NCBI GenBank assembly: GCA_963710495.1
Contig: CAVQAI010000012.1
Location: 551,398 to 615,397, forward strand
DNA from: an uncultured Acidimicrobiales bacterium
GTDB lineage: Bacteria > Actinomycetota > Acidimicrobiia > Acidimicrobiales > RAAP-2
Reading direction: 5' to 3'
Length of the DNA stretch: 64,000 bases
Shown here: positions 53,929 to 63,113 of the stretch, piece by piece
How the letters are laid out: every line of letters begins with the position of its first letter
Position numbering within the stretch: position 1 is the first letter of the stretch
Position numbers and translations under genes: made by a program
Notes under the pieces: generated by a model
What the model was told of the DNA's origin: nothing
The model's database searches: none
What the model saw: only the letters and a program-made list of their open reading frames with translations

Positions 53929-54951
53929 TCATGTGACGCGGCTCCGCAGGAGGTCGAGGATCGGATTGTCCTCGATGGGCAACATGAGGGGCTCACCGGC
54001 CTCCAGCCGCAGGTAGCCGATCCGGGTCATGACCGCCGTGCTGCGCACCATGGCCAGCGTCTCGTACCAGTCGAGGTCCTGCACCGGGCGGCCCTCGGCA
54101 TCCTCGAAGAGGGCGATGGTCTCGTGGCGGGTGGGGAAACCGTCGACCCGGGTGCCGAACAGGTGGTGCATGGTCAGGTCCAGACTGGTGAACCAGGCCA
54201 GGTCGTGCTCAGGGGCTCCCACCGTGGCCATGTCCCAGTCGAGCACGGCCCGGAGTCGGAGGTCGTCACCGAACACCATGTTCTCGAAGCGGGCGTCCCC
54301 CCAGAGGAGGGCGGGCTCGGGCTCGTGCCGCGGTTGGTGGCGACGGCACCAGGCCAGCGCCTCCACCAGGACGCCCACCGGCGAGCCGGCGCTCGACCAG
54401 TCGAGGTACTCCTCCCAGAAGTCGAGCTCGGCACCGTTGTCGCGTCGGGGAACCCTGTCGACCGCTCCCAGTTCGGCCCGGTGGATATCGGAGAGGGTGG
54501 CGAGGAAGCCGCGGTACAGGCGGGTCTGGTCGAACCGGCCCTGACCGCTCAGCCACCGGTCGAGATGGGCCACCGCGCCGATGATGTGGCCGTCGACCCG
54601 GGGCATGACCATGAACGGTGTGCCCAGCCAGACCGGATCGGCCTCGACCACCGGGTCGGCCACGGGCACGCCGGCGCCGGCTGCGGCCAGCTGGGCCTCG
54701 CACTGTGCCTCCAGGTCGTAGTGGCGGAAGGTTCCCCCCTCGGGCGGGGCCATGCGCAGGACGAGAAACCGGTCGACCGGTTCGCCCTGCACCGAACAGG
54801 AGATCCCGATGACGACGGTCTCGCTCGAGTACCCGGTCGAAGGCCGGTCGAGGCTGGTCACCACCGGATCGTCCAGGCCCTGCTGGCAGGCGAGCCATGT
54901 CCGGATCCCGGCGGCCAGGGCTGCGTCGTCCCTGCGCGTGGTCAGTGCCAT
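53929..54951 (-). CDS. phosphotransferase (APH / choline-kinase-like) family protein
   Basis: ORF 53929..55278 trimmed to the ATG at 54951 (MALTTRRDDAALAAGIRTWL). Catalytic-loop-like LLWGDARFENMVF and VLDWDMA. Confidence 0.8.
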   Translation of the reverse strand: MALTTRRDDAALAAGIRTWLACQQGLDDPVVTSLDRPSTGYSSETVVIGISCSVQGEPVDRFLVLRMAPPEGGTFRHYDLEAQCEAQLAAAGAGVPVADPVVEADPVWLGTPFMVMPRVDGHIIGAVAHLDRWLSGQGRFDQTRLYRGFLATLSDIHRAELGAVDRVPRRDNGAELDFWEEYLDWSSAGSPVGVLVEALAWCRRHQPRHEPEPALLWGDARFENMVFGDDLRLRAVLDWDMATVGAPEHDLAWFTSLDLTMHHLFGTRVDGFPTRHETIALFEDAEGRPVQDLDWYETLAMVRSTAVMTRIGYLRLEAGEPLMLPIEDNPILDLLRSRVT

Positions 54952-55047
54952 GGGTACCGCGGCTCCCCTTCGTCCCGGCCGAGTCTGGCATAGTACGCGG
55001 CCGGAGCTTCGGGCGATCGCCGATCGCCCTCGAGGGACGGGGATGCC

Positions 55048-55758
55048 ATGCAGCACGGGGGAACGGCGGTGGTGATCGGTGGCGCATCGGGAATCGGCGG
55101 AGCCGTGGCGGCGCGCCAGCGGGAGGCGGGGACCGCCGTCGTCGTGTGGGACCGCCAGGAGCCCGCTGATGTCGTCTGCGACATCGGCCGCCCGGACCAG
55201 GTCGAGGCGGCGGTGAAGGACACCGTCGAGCAGGTGGGCGTTCCCGGCCAGGTCACGGTCACCGCCGGTGTCGGCCACCGCGGCTCACTGGCGACCGCCA
55301 CCGCCGACGAGTGGGACCGGGTCATGGGAGTCAACGCCCGGGGGGTGTGGTTGGCCATGCGCGGCCTCGGGCGGCTCATGGTGGAGGCGGGGCAGGGATC
55401 GATCGTGGCCGTGAGCAGCGTGAGCGCCCGCCTGCCCGACGCCGGCATGGGGCTGTACTGCGCCTCGAAGGCCGCCCTCGACATGGTGGTCAAGGTGGCG
55501 GCCGTCGAGTGGGCACCGGTGCGGGTCAATGGCGTGGCCCCCGGGGTCACCGATACGCCGATGCTCGGTCCGGTGCCCCGCACCGGTGGGTGGCTGGCCG
55601 GGGTGGCCGAACGCACCCCCCTCGGCCGGCTCGGCCGGGCCGACGACGTGGCCCAGGCCGTCCTGGCCCTGCACGCCACGGGGTGGGTCACCGGCCAGGT
55701 GCTGGTGTGCGACGGCGGGCTCGTGCTCCACAGTCCGATCCAGCCGTTCGGGGACTGA
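55048..55758 (+). CDS. SDR-family oxidoreductase
   Basis: AVVIGGASGIGGAVA, YCASKAAL, and a C-terminal WVTGQVLVCDGG. Confidence 0.88.
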   Translation: MQHGGTAVVIGGASGIGGAVAARQREAGTAVVVWDRQEPADVVCDIGRPDQVEAAVKDTVEQVGVPGQVTVTAGVGHRGSLATATADEWDRVMGVNARGVWLAMRGLGRLMVEAGQGSIVAVSSVSARLPDAGMGLYCASKAALDMVVKVAAVEWAPVRVNGVAPGVTDTPMLGPVPRTGGWLAGVAERTPLGRLGRADDVAQAVLALHATGWVTGQVLVCDGGLVLHSPIQPFGD

Positions 55759-55790
55759 CCGCCCCTTCCGGCTGGCGATCGGGGGGACCG

Positions 55791-58046
55791 TCAGTGGCGC
55801 TGCGTCGAGCCGACCAGGTCCGGCTCGGCTTCGACCGGCTCGGCATCACGTCCGGTGTCGCCGGGTGCCGCGTCGACCTCGACCCCGAGGTGGGGCACGA
55901 TCCGCTCCAACCACTTGGGCATGTACCAGTTGGCCGAGCCGAGCAGTTCCATCACGGACGGCACCAGCACCAGCCGCACCAGGCTGGCGTCGATGAGGAT
56001 GGAGGCGGCCAACCCGAGGCCGAAGACCTTGAGCACCCGGAGGGGATCGCCGATCACGAACGACCCGAACACGCAGAACATGATGGCCGCCGCCGCCGTG
56101 ATCACCCGCCCTGTCTTGGCCAGGCCGTCGGCCACCGACACCGAGTTGTCACCCGTGCGGCGCCACTCCTCGCGGATCCGGCTCAACAGGAAGACCTCGT
56201 AGTCCATGGACAGCCCGAACAGGATGGTGAACATCATCAGTGGGATCCAGGGGTCGATCGGCCCGGTTCGGCCGATGCCGATCAGCGAGCCGCCCCAGCC
56301 CCACTGGAACACGGCGACGATCACGCCGTAGGCGGCGGCGACCGACAGCAAGTTCATGATCGCCGCCTTGACCGGGATCACCACCGATCGGAAGACGGCC
56401 ATCAAGAGCAGGAAGGCCAGCAGGATCACCGCGCCGATGACCCAGAAGAGCCGATGGGCGAGATAGTTGGAGGCGTCCACTCCGCCGGCCGTCTCACCGC
56501 CCACCAGCACCTGGAGATCGGTGCCGGTGGTGGCCTGGGGGATGACCCCGTCGCGCAGGTGGGTGACCAGCTGGGAGGTCGCCGCCGCCTGGGGCGCGGT
56601 GGTCGGGTAGGCGATGATCACCGCCGCGCCGTGATCGGCGCTGACCTCGACCGGTGCGGCGAAGGCGACACCGGGGGTCGACCGGATGGCCGCGTCGACC
56701 CGGTCCATGCCGGCGACGTCGTTGCTCGACGACAGCGGGGCGGCCACGACCAGCGGACCGTTGAACCCCGGCCCGAAACCTTGGGCCAGAAGGTCGTAGG
56801 CCTGTCGGGTGGTGAGCGAGGTCGGGTCGTTGCTGGCGTCGGTGAAGGCCAGACGCATGGAGAAGAGCGGAATGGCCAGGGTCAACAGCACCAACAGGGC
56901 GACCGTGCCCGTGGCCCAGGGGTACCGCTGGACGAACCGGCTCCATCGGTACCAGAAGCTGTCGGGCGCCGGCGTGGCCCCGGTCTGGAGCAGGCGCGGC
57001 AGGTGCAGGCGGTCGATGGCCCGACCGGCGAAGCCGAGCATGGCCGGGAGCAGGGTGAGGGCACCGGCCATGACCAGCACCACGGCCGCGATGGTGCCCA
57101 CGGCCAGCCCTTGGAGGAAGGGGAGCTGGAGGACGAAGAGCCCGACCAGCGAGATGACCACCGTGGTCCCGGCGAACAGGACGGCCCGGCCCGATGTGGC
57201 CAGTGACACCATGACGGCTCCCCGTGGGTCACGGCCTTCGAACAGTCCCTGTCGGTACCGGGTCACGATGAACAGCGCGTAGTCGATGCCGACCCCCAGC
57301 CCGATCATGGCCAACATCTCGGGGGCGAAGACGGGAATGTTCAACACATGGCTCAGGATGTCCTCGAGGGCGAAGCCGATGGCGATGCCGAACAGCGCGG
57401 TGAGGATGGGGAGGCCCATGGCCACCACCGAGCCGAAGGCGATGAGCATGATGATCATGGCGGCGAGGATGCCGGCACCCTCACTTGGTCCCGGGGAGGC
57501 GGTGATCACCTTCCCGATCGGTCCACCGCCCACCGCCACCTGAAAGCCGGCGCGGTCGAACGACTTGGCCGTGTTGATGACGTCCTTGACGGCCGCATTG
57601 GGGACGGTGGCCGCGTCCTGGTCGAACTGGACGACGGCGAAGGCGATATGCCGGTCGGCGGCGATCTGGTGCCGGCCCGGCTCGAACGGGCTCTGCACCA
57701 CCGACACGTGCGGCAGCGTCGAGAGCTTGTTGACCATGGCGTCGATCGTGGCCCGATCGGCCGGCGAGTCCACGGTCCCGGTCGTCGAGACCACCACGTC
57801 CGCGCTGGTCCCCGAGGCCTGCGGGAACCGGGCCGCCAGCAGGTTCTGCACCCGCTGGGAGGGCGAGTTGCCCGAGTCGAACGACTCTTGGAACCGGCTG
57901 CCCATGGACTGGCCCAGCACGGTGATCACGATGATGGCGCCGATCCACAGCAACAGGACCCGGCGCCGGTGGTCGTAGCACCAGCCGGCCATGCGGCCGA
58001 GGCCGCTCTCCTCCGGGGTGGTGGGTCGAGTGGACGAACGTGCCAT
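55791..58046 (-). CDS. MMPL-family (RND superfamily) transporter
   Basis: 751 aa. N-terminus GRMAGWCYDHRRRVLLLW. Two 6-TM bundles, each followed by a soluble loop. GIDYALFIVTRYRQ and GLSMDYEVFLLSRIRE motifs. RBS GGAGG. Confidence 0.92.
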   Translation of the reverse strand: MARSSTRPTTPEESGLGRMAGWCYDHRRRVLLLWIGAIIVITVLGQSMGSRFQESFDSGNSPSQRVQNLLAARFPQASGTSADVVVSTTGTVDSPADRATIDAMVNKLSTLPHVSVVQSPFEPGRHQIAADRHIAFAVVQFDQDAATVPNAAVKDVINTAKSFDRAGFQVAVGGGPIGKVITASPGPSEGAGILAAMIIMLIAFGSVVAMGLPILTALFGIAIGFALEDILSHVLNIPVFAPEMLAMIGLGVGIDYALFIVTRYRQGLFEGRDPRGAVMVSLATSGRAVLFAGTTVVISLVGLFVLQLPFLQGLAVGTIAAVVLVMAGALTLLPAMLGFAGRAIDRLHLPRLLQTGATPAPDSFWYRWSRFVQRYPWATGTVALLVLLTLAIPLFSMRLAFTDASNDPTSLTTRQAYDLLAQGFGPGFNGPLVVAAPLSSSNDVAGMDRVDAAIRSTPGVAFAAPVEVSADHGAAVIIAYPTTAPQAAATSQLVTHLRDGVIPQATTGTDLQVLVGGETAGGVDASNYLAHRLFWVIGAVILLAFLLLMAVFRSVVIPVKAAIMNLLSVAAAYGVIVAVFQWGWGGSLIGIGRTGPIDPWIPLMMFTILFGLSMDYEVFLLSRIREEWRRTGDNSVSVADGLAKTGRVITAAAAIMFCVFGSFVIGDPLRVLKVFGLGLAASILIDASLVRLVLVPSVMELLGSANWYMPKWLERIVPHLGVEVDAAPGDTGRDAEPVEAEPDLVGSTQRH

Positions 58047-58064
58047 CTCAGGTCCTCCGTTCGG

Positions 58065-58094
58065 CTAAATTCAACACTGATGAGTTATAACACA
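58065..58094. promoter_or_regulatory. A/T-rich divergent promoter/operator region between the MMPL and TetR genes
   Basis: ctaaattcaacactgatgagttataacaca is conspicuously A/T-rich for this genome. It contains the direct repeat AACAC...AACAC and the imperfect palindrome ACTGATGAGT. Confidence 0.3.
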
Positions 58095-58138
58095 TCCACC
58101 CGGCCCGGCGGAAGCCCCCGGGACGCCCACCCCCGACC

Positions 58139-58729
58139 GTGATGGCCGGCCGCGGGCGCCGTCCGGGTGGGGCCGACACCCGGGCGGAGATCATCGGCGC
58201 CGCACGCGCCGTCTTCCGAGAACAAGGCTATGCCGGGACCAGCATGCGGGCCATCGCCCGGCGGGCGGCCGTCGACCCCGCCCTCGTGCACCACTACTTC
58301 ACCGACAAGGCCCACCTCTTCATCGAGACCATGGCCCTCCCCCTCGACCCGCGGGCCGTCCAGGAGGCGGTGGCGACCGGCGGCTTCAGCGGCGAACGGC
58401 TCGTCGAACGGTTCCTCGCCCAGTGGGAGCAGGGCCCGGGGCCGGGCTCGCCGGCCTTCGTGAGCCTGGCCCAGGCGATGGCGGCGTCCCGCCCGGTGGC
58501 CGACGGGATCCGCGAGTTCGTCGCCGAGCGGGTGCTGCTCCACGGGCCGGCCGACGAGGACGAGGCGGCCCTGACGAGGCGACGCGCCCTGATCGGGTCA
58601 CAGCTCATGGGGATCGCCTGGGCCCGCTACGTCATGCGGATGGAGCCGGTCGCGTCGGCCAGCCGGGCCGAGGTGGCCGGCTGGGTGGGTCCCACCGTGG
58701 ACCGCTACGCCACCGGGCCGCTCGACTGA
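58139..58729 (+). CDS. TetR/AcrR-family transcriptional regulator
   Basis: HTH region TRAEIIGAARAVFREQGYAGTSMRAIARRAAVDPALVHHYFTDK. Confidence 0.9.
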   Translation: MMAGRGRRPGGADTRAEIIGAARAVFREQGYAGTSMRAIARRAAVDPALVHHYFTDKAHLFIETMALPLDPRAVQEAVATGGFSGERLVERFLAQWEQGPGPGSPAFVSLAQAMAASRPVADGIREFVAERVLLHGPADEDEAALTRRRALIGSQLMGIAWARYVMRMEPVASASRAEVAGWVGPTVDRYATGPLD

Positions 58730-58783
58730 CCGGCGACGGCGCCGGTTACGACCGGTTCCGACGCGTTATGCCGAGTGAACGAG

Positions 58784-60211
58784 TCACGACGCGATCTTCC
58801 CCAGGAAGGGGACGAGGCCGTTGAAGAAGGCGTTCACCGGGTAGGCCCCCGCCGGGTCGTTGTGGGCGTAGGTGCTCTGCCGGTTGATGAGGGTGAGGTT
58901 GCCCCGCGGGATCTTCGACTGGCGGGCCAGGGCCTGCGCCGCAGTGAGCACGGATTGGCCGCCGAGCCGGGCGCCGAAGGCGTAGATCCGCAGGCCCTTC
59001 GGCAGGGAGTGGCCCATGGTGGCGCTGAGCCCGAGCACCGCCTGGGCCGGGTTGGCGTTGCCGTTGGCAACGGCTCCGGTGTCGTCGGTGAGCCGTTGCG
59101 GGAAGTACCACTCGGAGCCGTCCGCGTTGTTGACGCCCGTGCCCGAGAACATGGTGGCGAATCGCTTGATGGGGGTGAGGGCGCCGGTGCCGTTCCAGCC
59201 GTGGACCGGCCCGGCGGCCGACAGGCCCTGGCCCAGATGAGCCTGGGCCGCCGCCAGATTGGGCGGCGAGGTGGCCACGTTGAGGGCGTAGCCGAATTGG
59301 CCCAGGTTGGTGGCGGGCACCGGGGGCACGATGGAGGCGGGGAGCAGACCCGAGGTCTGGCCGAGGGAAGGGCTGTTCGGGTCGAGCAGAGCCGCTCCCG
59401 ACCCGGTGGCGATGAACAGCCCGGCGTAGGGCGCCGCGATGCCACCGAAGGACAGCCACGGCGAGGTCATGGGCGCGTCGAGCGTCTGCAGCTCCTGGGA
59501 GGCTTCGGTTGCGCTGACCGGCGTGGGGCCGCTGCCGCCGTCGATGTAGACCAGCCCGGCCAGGCCCTTGGCCCCGGGCCGCCCGTTGAAGTCCCACGTG
59601 GCATAAGCGGTGACCACCGACCCGCCCAGCGAATGGCCGCCGAGGACCACCTTGCCGCCGAACCGGTGGGCGGCCCGGATGACTCGATGCAGGTCCTGGA
59701 CGGCCACGTCCATGCCCCAGCTCTTGGCGAAGGCGACCGACGAATCGGACACCGCATTGAAGTGAGGCGAGATACCGGGTTTCGTGATGTAGCCGAGGTA
59801 GTAGTCGTAGAGCTGGGTGGAGGAGACCTTCCCCTGCTTGAAGGCGTTGAGCTCGGACTGGTCCTCGAGCAGGTTCTCCCGTCGTTCCACCGACCAGACC
59901 TGCCACGAAGGTGCCTTGGCCACGATCCACCGGGCCAGCGGAACGAAGTACGCCGAGCCGGCAGAGGTGCCCGGTTCGAGCACGAGGACGTTCCTGGCCG
60001 CCGGGTTGCCGATCTTGAGCACCCCGACCTTGTTGTACTGCGACGGCGTGCCGGGGGCGGCGAAGCCGGCCATCCACGTCACCGACTGGGGAGTCGGCGA
60101 GCCCGCCGCCGCGCCGGTGGCCGGGACGAGCAGGTACGAGGAGGCCAGGACGGCGAGACCGGCCAGCGCCGTCGACCGGGTCCGTCGCCCCGCTAGGAGC
60201 CGTCCGAACAT
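58784..60211 (-). CDS. secreted alpha/beta hydrolase (lipase/esterase-like)
   Basis: ORF 58784..60280 trimmed to the ATG at 60211 (RBS GGGAGGAGG). Signal MFGRLLAGRRTRSTALAGLAVLASSYLLVPATGAAA. Nucleophile elbow GGHSLGGS. Confidence 0.8.
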   Translation of the reverse strand: MFGRLLAGRRTRSTALAGLAVLASSYLLVPATGAAAGSPTPQSVTWMAGFAAPGTPSQYNKVGVLKIGNPAARNVLVLEPGTSAGSAYFVPLARWIVAKAPSWQVWSVERRENLLEDQSELNAFKQGKVSSTQLYDYYLGYITKPGISPHFNAVSDSSVAFAKSWGMDVAVQDLHRVIRAAHRFGGKVVLGGHSLGGSVVTAYATWDFNGRPGAKGLAGLVYIDGGSGPTPVSATEASQELQTLDAPMTSPWLSFGGIAAPYAGLFIATGSGAALLDPNSPSLGQTSGLLPASIVPPVPATNLGQFGYALNVATSPPNLAAAQAHLGQGLSAAGPVHGWNGTGALTPIKRFATMFSGTGVNNADGSEWYFPQRLTDDTGAVANGNANPAQAVLGLSATMGHSLPKGLRIYAFGARLGGQSVLTAAQALARQSKIPRGNLTLINRQSTYAHNDPAGAYPVNAFFNGLVPFLGKIAS

Positions 60212-60922
60212 GCCGAGCCCTCCTCCCGTCGCCTCGGCTGTATCCCGGGGGAACCTACACCGTCCCTGGATCGTCGTCATCGTCCGGACCGGTGACGGAG
60301 GGGCGACGGGCCTCGTGCGGTCTGCGAGGGCAACCGGATGGTCAGGTCACCGGACGGCCGTGAGCGCGGCACCCTCCCGCCGATCCGGGCACGGCGTTCG
60401 GCCGACGGCGACGAGCGAGGCGAGCCGAAGGACCGCCGACGCCGGTGGCTCGCGGCCGGGGGCGCTCTCCCGGATCCAGCATCCGGTCCCGTCGCCCCGG
60501 CCTGCCTCGTCCTCCATGGCTCCGGTCGGCACCGTCACCGTGAAGCTCGACCCGTCCGATCGACGGACGGTCGAGATCCGAGCGCCGGCCGTCTGGTGGA
60601 TCTCGATGACGGGTCGCCGGAGTTGGTCGGTGTCTTCCTCGGGGCCCGTCCCGCCCGCGGCGCGATGACAGGAAGTGCGCACCCGGTGGAAGGTGTGGGG
60701 GTGATCGTCCCGCGCCCGCCCGGGGCGGATCGGGCCGCGCTTCATCGATGAGCGGAGCGGGTGGTCACTGCTCGCATTGTGCCCCAGCCGAGGCGGTTCA
60801 GGTCGGGATGGTGGCCCGGTCGTCGCTGAGCTGGCGGGATGCCGCCGCACCCCCAGCACGTCCCCGGGGCGGTTGCAGGGACGCGGTACGAACCCCGGGG
60901 TGGGCTGTGTAGGGTGCAGGCC

Positions 60923-61501
60923 ATGGCCGATCAGGCGGCGTTCTCCGATCAGGCGATGGAGTACATGCCGGCGCTGTACACCGCCGCCCTGCGGATGACC
61001 CGCAACTCCGCCGACGCCGAGGACCTCGTCCAAGAGACGTACTTGAAGGCGTACCGGGCCTTCGGCAGCTTCGAGCCGGGGACCAACCTGAAGGCCTGGC
61101 TCTACCGGATCCTGACCAACACCTACATCAACACCTACCGGGCGAAGAAGCGCCGTCCCGAGATCGCCGACGTCGAGGACGTCGAGGACCTGTACCTCTA
61201 CCGCCACCTCACCGGCGACCAGAGCGCCAGCCTCGGGCGGAGCGCCGAGGACGAGGCGCTCGACCGGTTCACCGACACGGACGTGAAGGCGGCCATCGAG
61301 GCCCTACCGGAGACCTTCCGGATGGCCGTCCTCCTGGCCGACGTCGAGGGGTTCTCGTACAAGGAGATCGCCGACATCACGGATGTGCCCATCGGCACGG
61401 TCATGAGCCGCATCCACCGCGGAAGAAGAGCGCTGCAGAAGGCGTTGTTCGAACGTGGAAGGGAACGAGGCCTGGTCGGAGCGTCCGACGAGGCCAGGTA
61501 G
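60923..61501 (+). CDS. sigH: ECF sigma factor, SigH/SigR-like
   Basis: ORF 60839..61501 trimmed to the ATG at 60923. [13 protein letters not shown]...[12 protein letters not shown] (region 2) and [25 protein letters not shown] (region 4). A ZAS anti-sigma gene follows. Confidence 0.88.
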   Translation: MADQAAFSDQAMEYMPALYTAALRMTRNSADAEDLVQETYLKAYRAFGSFEPGTNLKAWLYRILTNTYINTYRAKKRRPEIADVEDVEDLYLYRHLTGDQSASLGRSAEDEALDRFTDTDVKAAIEALPETFRMAVLLADVEGFSYKEIADITDVPIGTVMSRIHRGRRALQKALFERGRERGLVGASDEAR

Positions 61502-61547
61502 CGACGAGGCCGGGTAGTAGCGGCGTCAGCCAGGGGAGATCATCGCA

Positions 61548-61859
61548 GTGGGAGAACAGCATGGACCGGGTGCTCCCGGGGAGATGGCGGGTGGAGATCC
61601 CCACGCGCCCGCCGGCTTCGTCGGCTGCGACGAGACCATCGAACGTCTCTACTTCTATCTGGACGGCGAGCTCACCGAGGAGCGCCGCATCGAGATCACC
61701 CGGCATCTCGACATGTGCGGGCCGTGCGTGGGGGCCTACGGCTTCGAAGCCGAGTTGCGCCGAGTCGTCGCCAATCGTTGCAAGGACCACGTCCCCGAGA
61801 CGCTGATCGTCCGGGTGGCCGAGGCGTTGCGCGAAGAGCACGACCGGTCCGCCAACTGA
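61548..61859 (+). CDS. rshA: ZAS-family anti-sigma factor (RsrA/RshA-like)
   Basis: C-x26-HLDMCGPC (HxxxCxxC) motif. About 100 aa, immediately downstream of the ECF sigma gene. Confidence 0.85.
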   Translation: MGEQHGPGAPGEMAGGDPHAPAGFVGCDETIERLYFYLDGELTEERRIEITRHLDMCGPCVGAYGFEAELRRVVANRCKDHVPETLIVRVAEALREEHDRSAN

Positions 61860-61903
61860 CGCCCGCCCGCCGGGTCGGGGCGTCTGTCCCTACACTGGGC
61901 GCC

Positions 61904-63031
61904 GTGACCGACACCGGAAGTCCGGCCCACGCCGGTGGGGCGGTGGCTTGGGAAACCGCCGAGCGGGTGGCCGGCTGGGTGGGGAACCGGAGTCGCCTCC
62001 CCGCCCCGTACCGGCCCGACCTGCTCCAGGCCGATTTCGAGGAGCTCACCGCCCAGGCCGAGGAGCTGGTGGCCGCGTCCACCGGCCTGCGCTCGTCGTC
62101 GGGCCCGGCCCGGGCCCGGGTCACCGACCGGGCGGGATGGGTCCATGCCAACGTGGCCAGCTTCCAGCGCCTCGTCGGGCCCCATCTGGAGAAGCTGGAC
62201 CCGTCCCGCATCGCCGCCGGCAACCCCCTGACCGAGCGGCTGGCCGGTCCACTGGCCACGGCCGGCCGGGCCGCCACCGGCGCACAGATGGGCGTGGTCC
62301 TCGGGTGGCTCTCCACCCGGGTGCTCGGTCAGTACGACCTCCTCCTCACCGAGGAAGCCGTCGAGGACCAGGACCTCGTGTACTTCGTCGGCCCGAACGT
62401 GGTGGCCCTCGAGCAGCTCCACGGCTTCGAGCCGCGCCAATTCCGGCTCTGGCTCGCCCTCCACGAGGTCACCCACCGTTGCCAGTTCACGGCCATCCCT
62501 TGGATGCGCGACTACTTCGTGACGCTCGTCCACGAAGGCATCGGCTCCCTCGAGCCCGATCCGTCCCGGTTCGCCGAGGCGCTCCGCCGGATGACCGAGG
62601 AGATCCGGGCGGGCCGGAACCCGTTGCGGGACAACGGCGCGCTCGGTCTGGTGGCCACCCCGGAGCAACTCGAGGGTCTCCACCGGATCCAGGCCCTGAT
62701 GAGCCTCCTCGAGGGCCACGGGGACGTCACGATGGACCGGGCCGGCGCCGCCGCCATTCCGAGCGCGGCGACGTTCAGCGAGGTCCTGCGTCAACGACGT
62801 AAGCAGACCAGGGGCCCTGCCCGTCTGCTGCAACAACTGATCGGCCTCGAGGCCAAGCTCCGCCAGTACGAGGAGGGCGAGCGGTTCATCGCCGCCGTGG
62901 AGGACTCGGGCGGGCCCCAGCTCCTCGACCGGGCCTGGAGGGGACCCGAGTGGCTGCCCTCGCTGGTCGAGATCCGTAACCCGGCCGCCTGGATCTCACG
63001 TGTCGGGACCGCACCCGCCCTCTCCGGCTGA
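61904..63031 (+). CDS. zinc-dependent metalloprotease (DUF2342 family)
   Basis: ORF 61715..63031 trimmed to the GTG at 61904, downstream of the rshA stop. HExxH as LALHEVTHRCQF. Adjacent to tilS, as I recall for mycobacterial synteny. Confidence 0.8.
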   Translation: MTDTGSPAHAGGAVAWETAERVAGWVGNRSRLPAPYRPDLLQADFEELTAQAEELVAASTGLRSSSGPARARVTDRAGWVHANVASFQRLVGPHLEKLDPSRIAAGNPLTERLAGPLATAGRAATGAQMGVVLGWLSTRVLGQYDLLLTEEAVEDQDLVYFVGPNVVALEQLHGFEPRQFRLWLALHEVTHRCQFTAIPWMRDYFVTLVHEGIGSLEPDPSRFAEALRRMTEEIRAGRNPLRDNGALGLVATPEQLEGLHRIQALMSLLEGHGDVTMDRAGAAAIPSAATFSEVLRQRRKQTRGPARLLQQLIGLEAKLRQYEEGERFIAAVEDSGGPQLLDRAWRGPEWLPSLVEIRNPAAWISRVGTAPALSG

Positions 63032-63113
63032 GGCCGCCGGGCCAGGTCCGCGCCCGTGGACCCGGGACCGTCCCCGCCCGGGGACCCGGCCGACCGTCCC
63101 CGCCTCCGACCCC

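Noticed and set aside
60750-60922. Autoregulatory SigH/SigR-type promoter (GGAAT-N16-18-GTT) upstream of sigH
   Set aside because: No GGAAT/GGAAC box with a correctly spaced GTT was found. Only GGGATG/GGGACG elements without a matching -10 are present.
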